Shown here piece by piece: positions 62,577 through 64,000 of a DNA stretch of 64,000 bases. The notes under the pieces were generated by a model that had not been told where the DNA came from, did not search any database, and was given only the letters and a program-made list of their open reading frames with translations. The translations under genes were made by a program, and so were the position numbers. How positions within the stretch are numbered: the first letter of the stretch is position 1; every line of letters starts with the position of its first letter. Source of the DNA: Carcharhinus longimanus (taxonomy: Eukaryota); contig JASCQW010000160.1 of NCBI GenBank assembly GCA_030264375.1, forward strand, positions 17,351,920 to 17,415,919, given 5' to 3'.

Positions 62577-62825
62577 GGGAGGAATTTTCCTGTCCCGCCC
62601 CTCACCACAGGAATTGTAGTCAGTGGGACACGAATGATGCAAAGGTCCATTGAACTTGGGTGGGATTTTCTGGGGGCAAGCGTGGCCAGAAAATCCTATC
62701 CCCAGGGTGGGATTCTGTGCCGGTCATGCCAGTGGGATTCTCTAGTGAAAAGAGATTTGACTGAGCTCCAAATTCTCCATATCCTCTGGCAATGGTGGTG
62801 CAGTGAGTGGCTGGAGAATTCTGGC
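62577..62825. mobile_element. Two adjacent palindromic MITEs of different subfamilies
   Basis: 62577-62703 is gggaggaattttcc..aaaggtccattgaac..gaaaatcctatcccc. 62706-62825 is gggtgggattct..gagatttgactgag..ggagaattctggcc. Confidence 0.75.
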
Positions 62826-62964
62826 CTGATTGTCTCTCAAGGTGCCACAATTGTGGGAGAATCACTATTGAAAACACAGTGGATCCCCAAGTATAGGCTA
62901 AAAGACAATGTATGAACAAACTACATTTGATTATGACTATTATTTTTTATTCTTTCAAGGGATT

Positions 62965-63990
62965 CAGGCATTGCCTAACTGCCCTTGTGAAGCACAAGAG
63001 TCAACCGTAAAACCATAAGACATAGGAGCAGGATTAGGCAACTGCCCATTGAGTCTGCTCTGCCATTCAATCATGGCTGACATTTTTCTCATCCCCATTC
63101 CTCTGCCATTTCCCCATAATNNNNNNNNNNNNNNNNNNNNNNNNNNNNNNNNNNNNNNNNNNNNNNNNNNNNNNNNNNNNNNNNNNNNNNNNNNNNNNNN
63201 NNNNNNNNNNNNNNNNNNNNNNNNNNNNNNNNNNNNNNNNNNNNNNNNNNNNNNNNNNNNNNNNNNNNNNNNNNNNNNNNNNNNNNNNNNNNNNNNNNNN
63301 NNNNNNNNNNNNNNNNNNNNNNNNNNNNNNNNNNNNNNNNNNNNNNNNNNNNNNNNNNNNNNNNNNNNNNNNNNNNNNNNNNNNNNNNNNNNNNNNNNNN
63401 NNNNNNNNNNNNNNNNNNNNNNNNNNNNNNNNNNNNNNNNNNNNNNNNNNNNNNNNNNNNNNNNNNNNNNNNNNNNNNNNNNNNNNNNNNNNNNNNNNNN
63501 NNNNNNNNNNNNNNNNNNNNNNNNNNNNNNNNNNNNNNNNNNNNNNNNNNNNNNNNNNNNNNNNNNNNNNNNNNNNNNNNNNNNNNNNNNNNNNNNNNNN
63601 NNNNNNNNNNNNNNNNNNNNNNNNNNNNNNNNNNNNNNNNNNNNNNNNNNNNNNNNNNNNNNNNNNNNNNNNNNNNNNNNNNNNNNNNNNNNNNNNNNNN
63701 NNNNNNNNNNNNNNNNNNNNNNNNNNNNNNNNNNNNNNNNNNNNNNNNNNNNNNNNNNNNNNNNNNNNNNNNNNNNNNNNNNATTCGGCCCATCAAACCA
63801 CATTGCTGTAGCTCATGTTACATGTAAGGCAGACCAGGTAAGGACGGCATATTTACTTCCCTAAAGGACATTGGCAAGCAGGGTGGGTTTTACAACAATG
63901 ATCATCATTCATAATTTTTATTGGATTCAAATTTCATCATCTGCTGTGGCAGAATTCAAACCCAGGTCTCCAGAGAATTTCCCTGAGTCT
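62965..63990 (-). mobile_element. Second-family SINE (as 33755) split by a CR1 3'-tail insertion and a gap
   Basis: ttgcctaactgcccttg..gagtcaacc, then the CR1 tail cataagacataggagcag, the gap, and tcaaccacattgctgt..ccaggtaaggacggca..ttccctaaaggacatt. tcaacc is duplicated. Confidence 0.7.
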
Positions 63991-64000
63991 CTGTAATATT

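Noticed and set aside
62964-63864. Long ORFs of 235-279 aa
   Set aside because: They consist almost entirely of N-gap translated as X.

Overview
This is eukaryotic, repeat-rich genomic DNA, most likely from a shark or other elasmobranch, judged from the HE1-like V-SINEs and HER1/CR1-type LINE tails. It contains several N-gaps. Almost all ORFs in the supplied track are chance ORFs or transposon fragments. The host content I can support is the 3' end of an unidentified minus-strand protein-coding gene. It has two phase-compatible exons at 39429-39308 and 24961-24735, plus a probable 39-nt micro-exon at 51715-51677. The encoded tail ends in a class I PDZ ligand (-ATRL), followed by four tandem stop codons and a long TE-free putative 3'UTR. 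The rest is transposable elements: a full-length degenerate Ty3/Gypsy LTR element (46553-51196), CR1 and Rex1/Babar LINE fragments, a Penelope-like GIY-YIG element and several pLTR remnants carrying minimal hammerhead ribozyme motifs, at least three SINE families, about 18 short palindromic MITEs and longer Harbinger-like non-autonomous elements. The most unusual observations are a rearranged U2-snRNA-derived element (45224-45415), a 59-bp templated insertion at the centre of an 18-bp palindrome inside the Gypsy pol gene, a possible cassette exon that would remove the PDZ ligand, and a locally triplicated ~170-bp intronic unit. No CRISPR arrays, rRNA or intact tRNA genes were seen. All family assignments come from recalled consensus motifs, not database searches.
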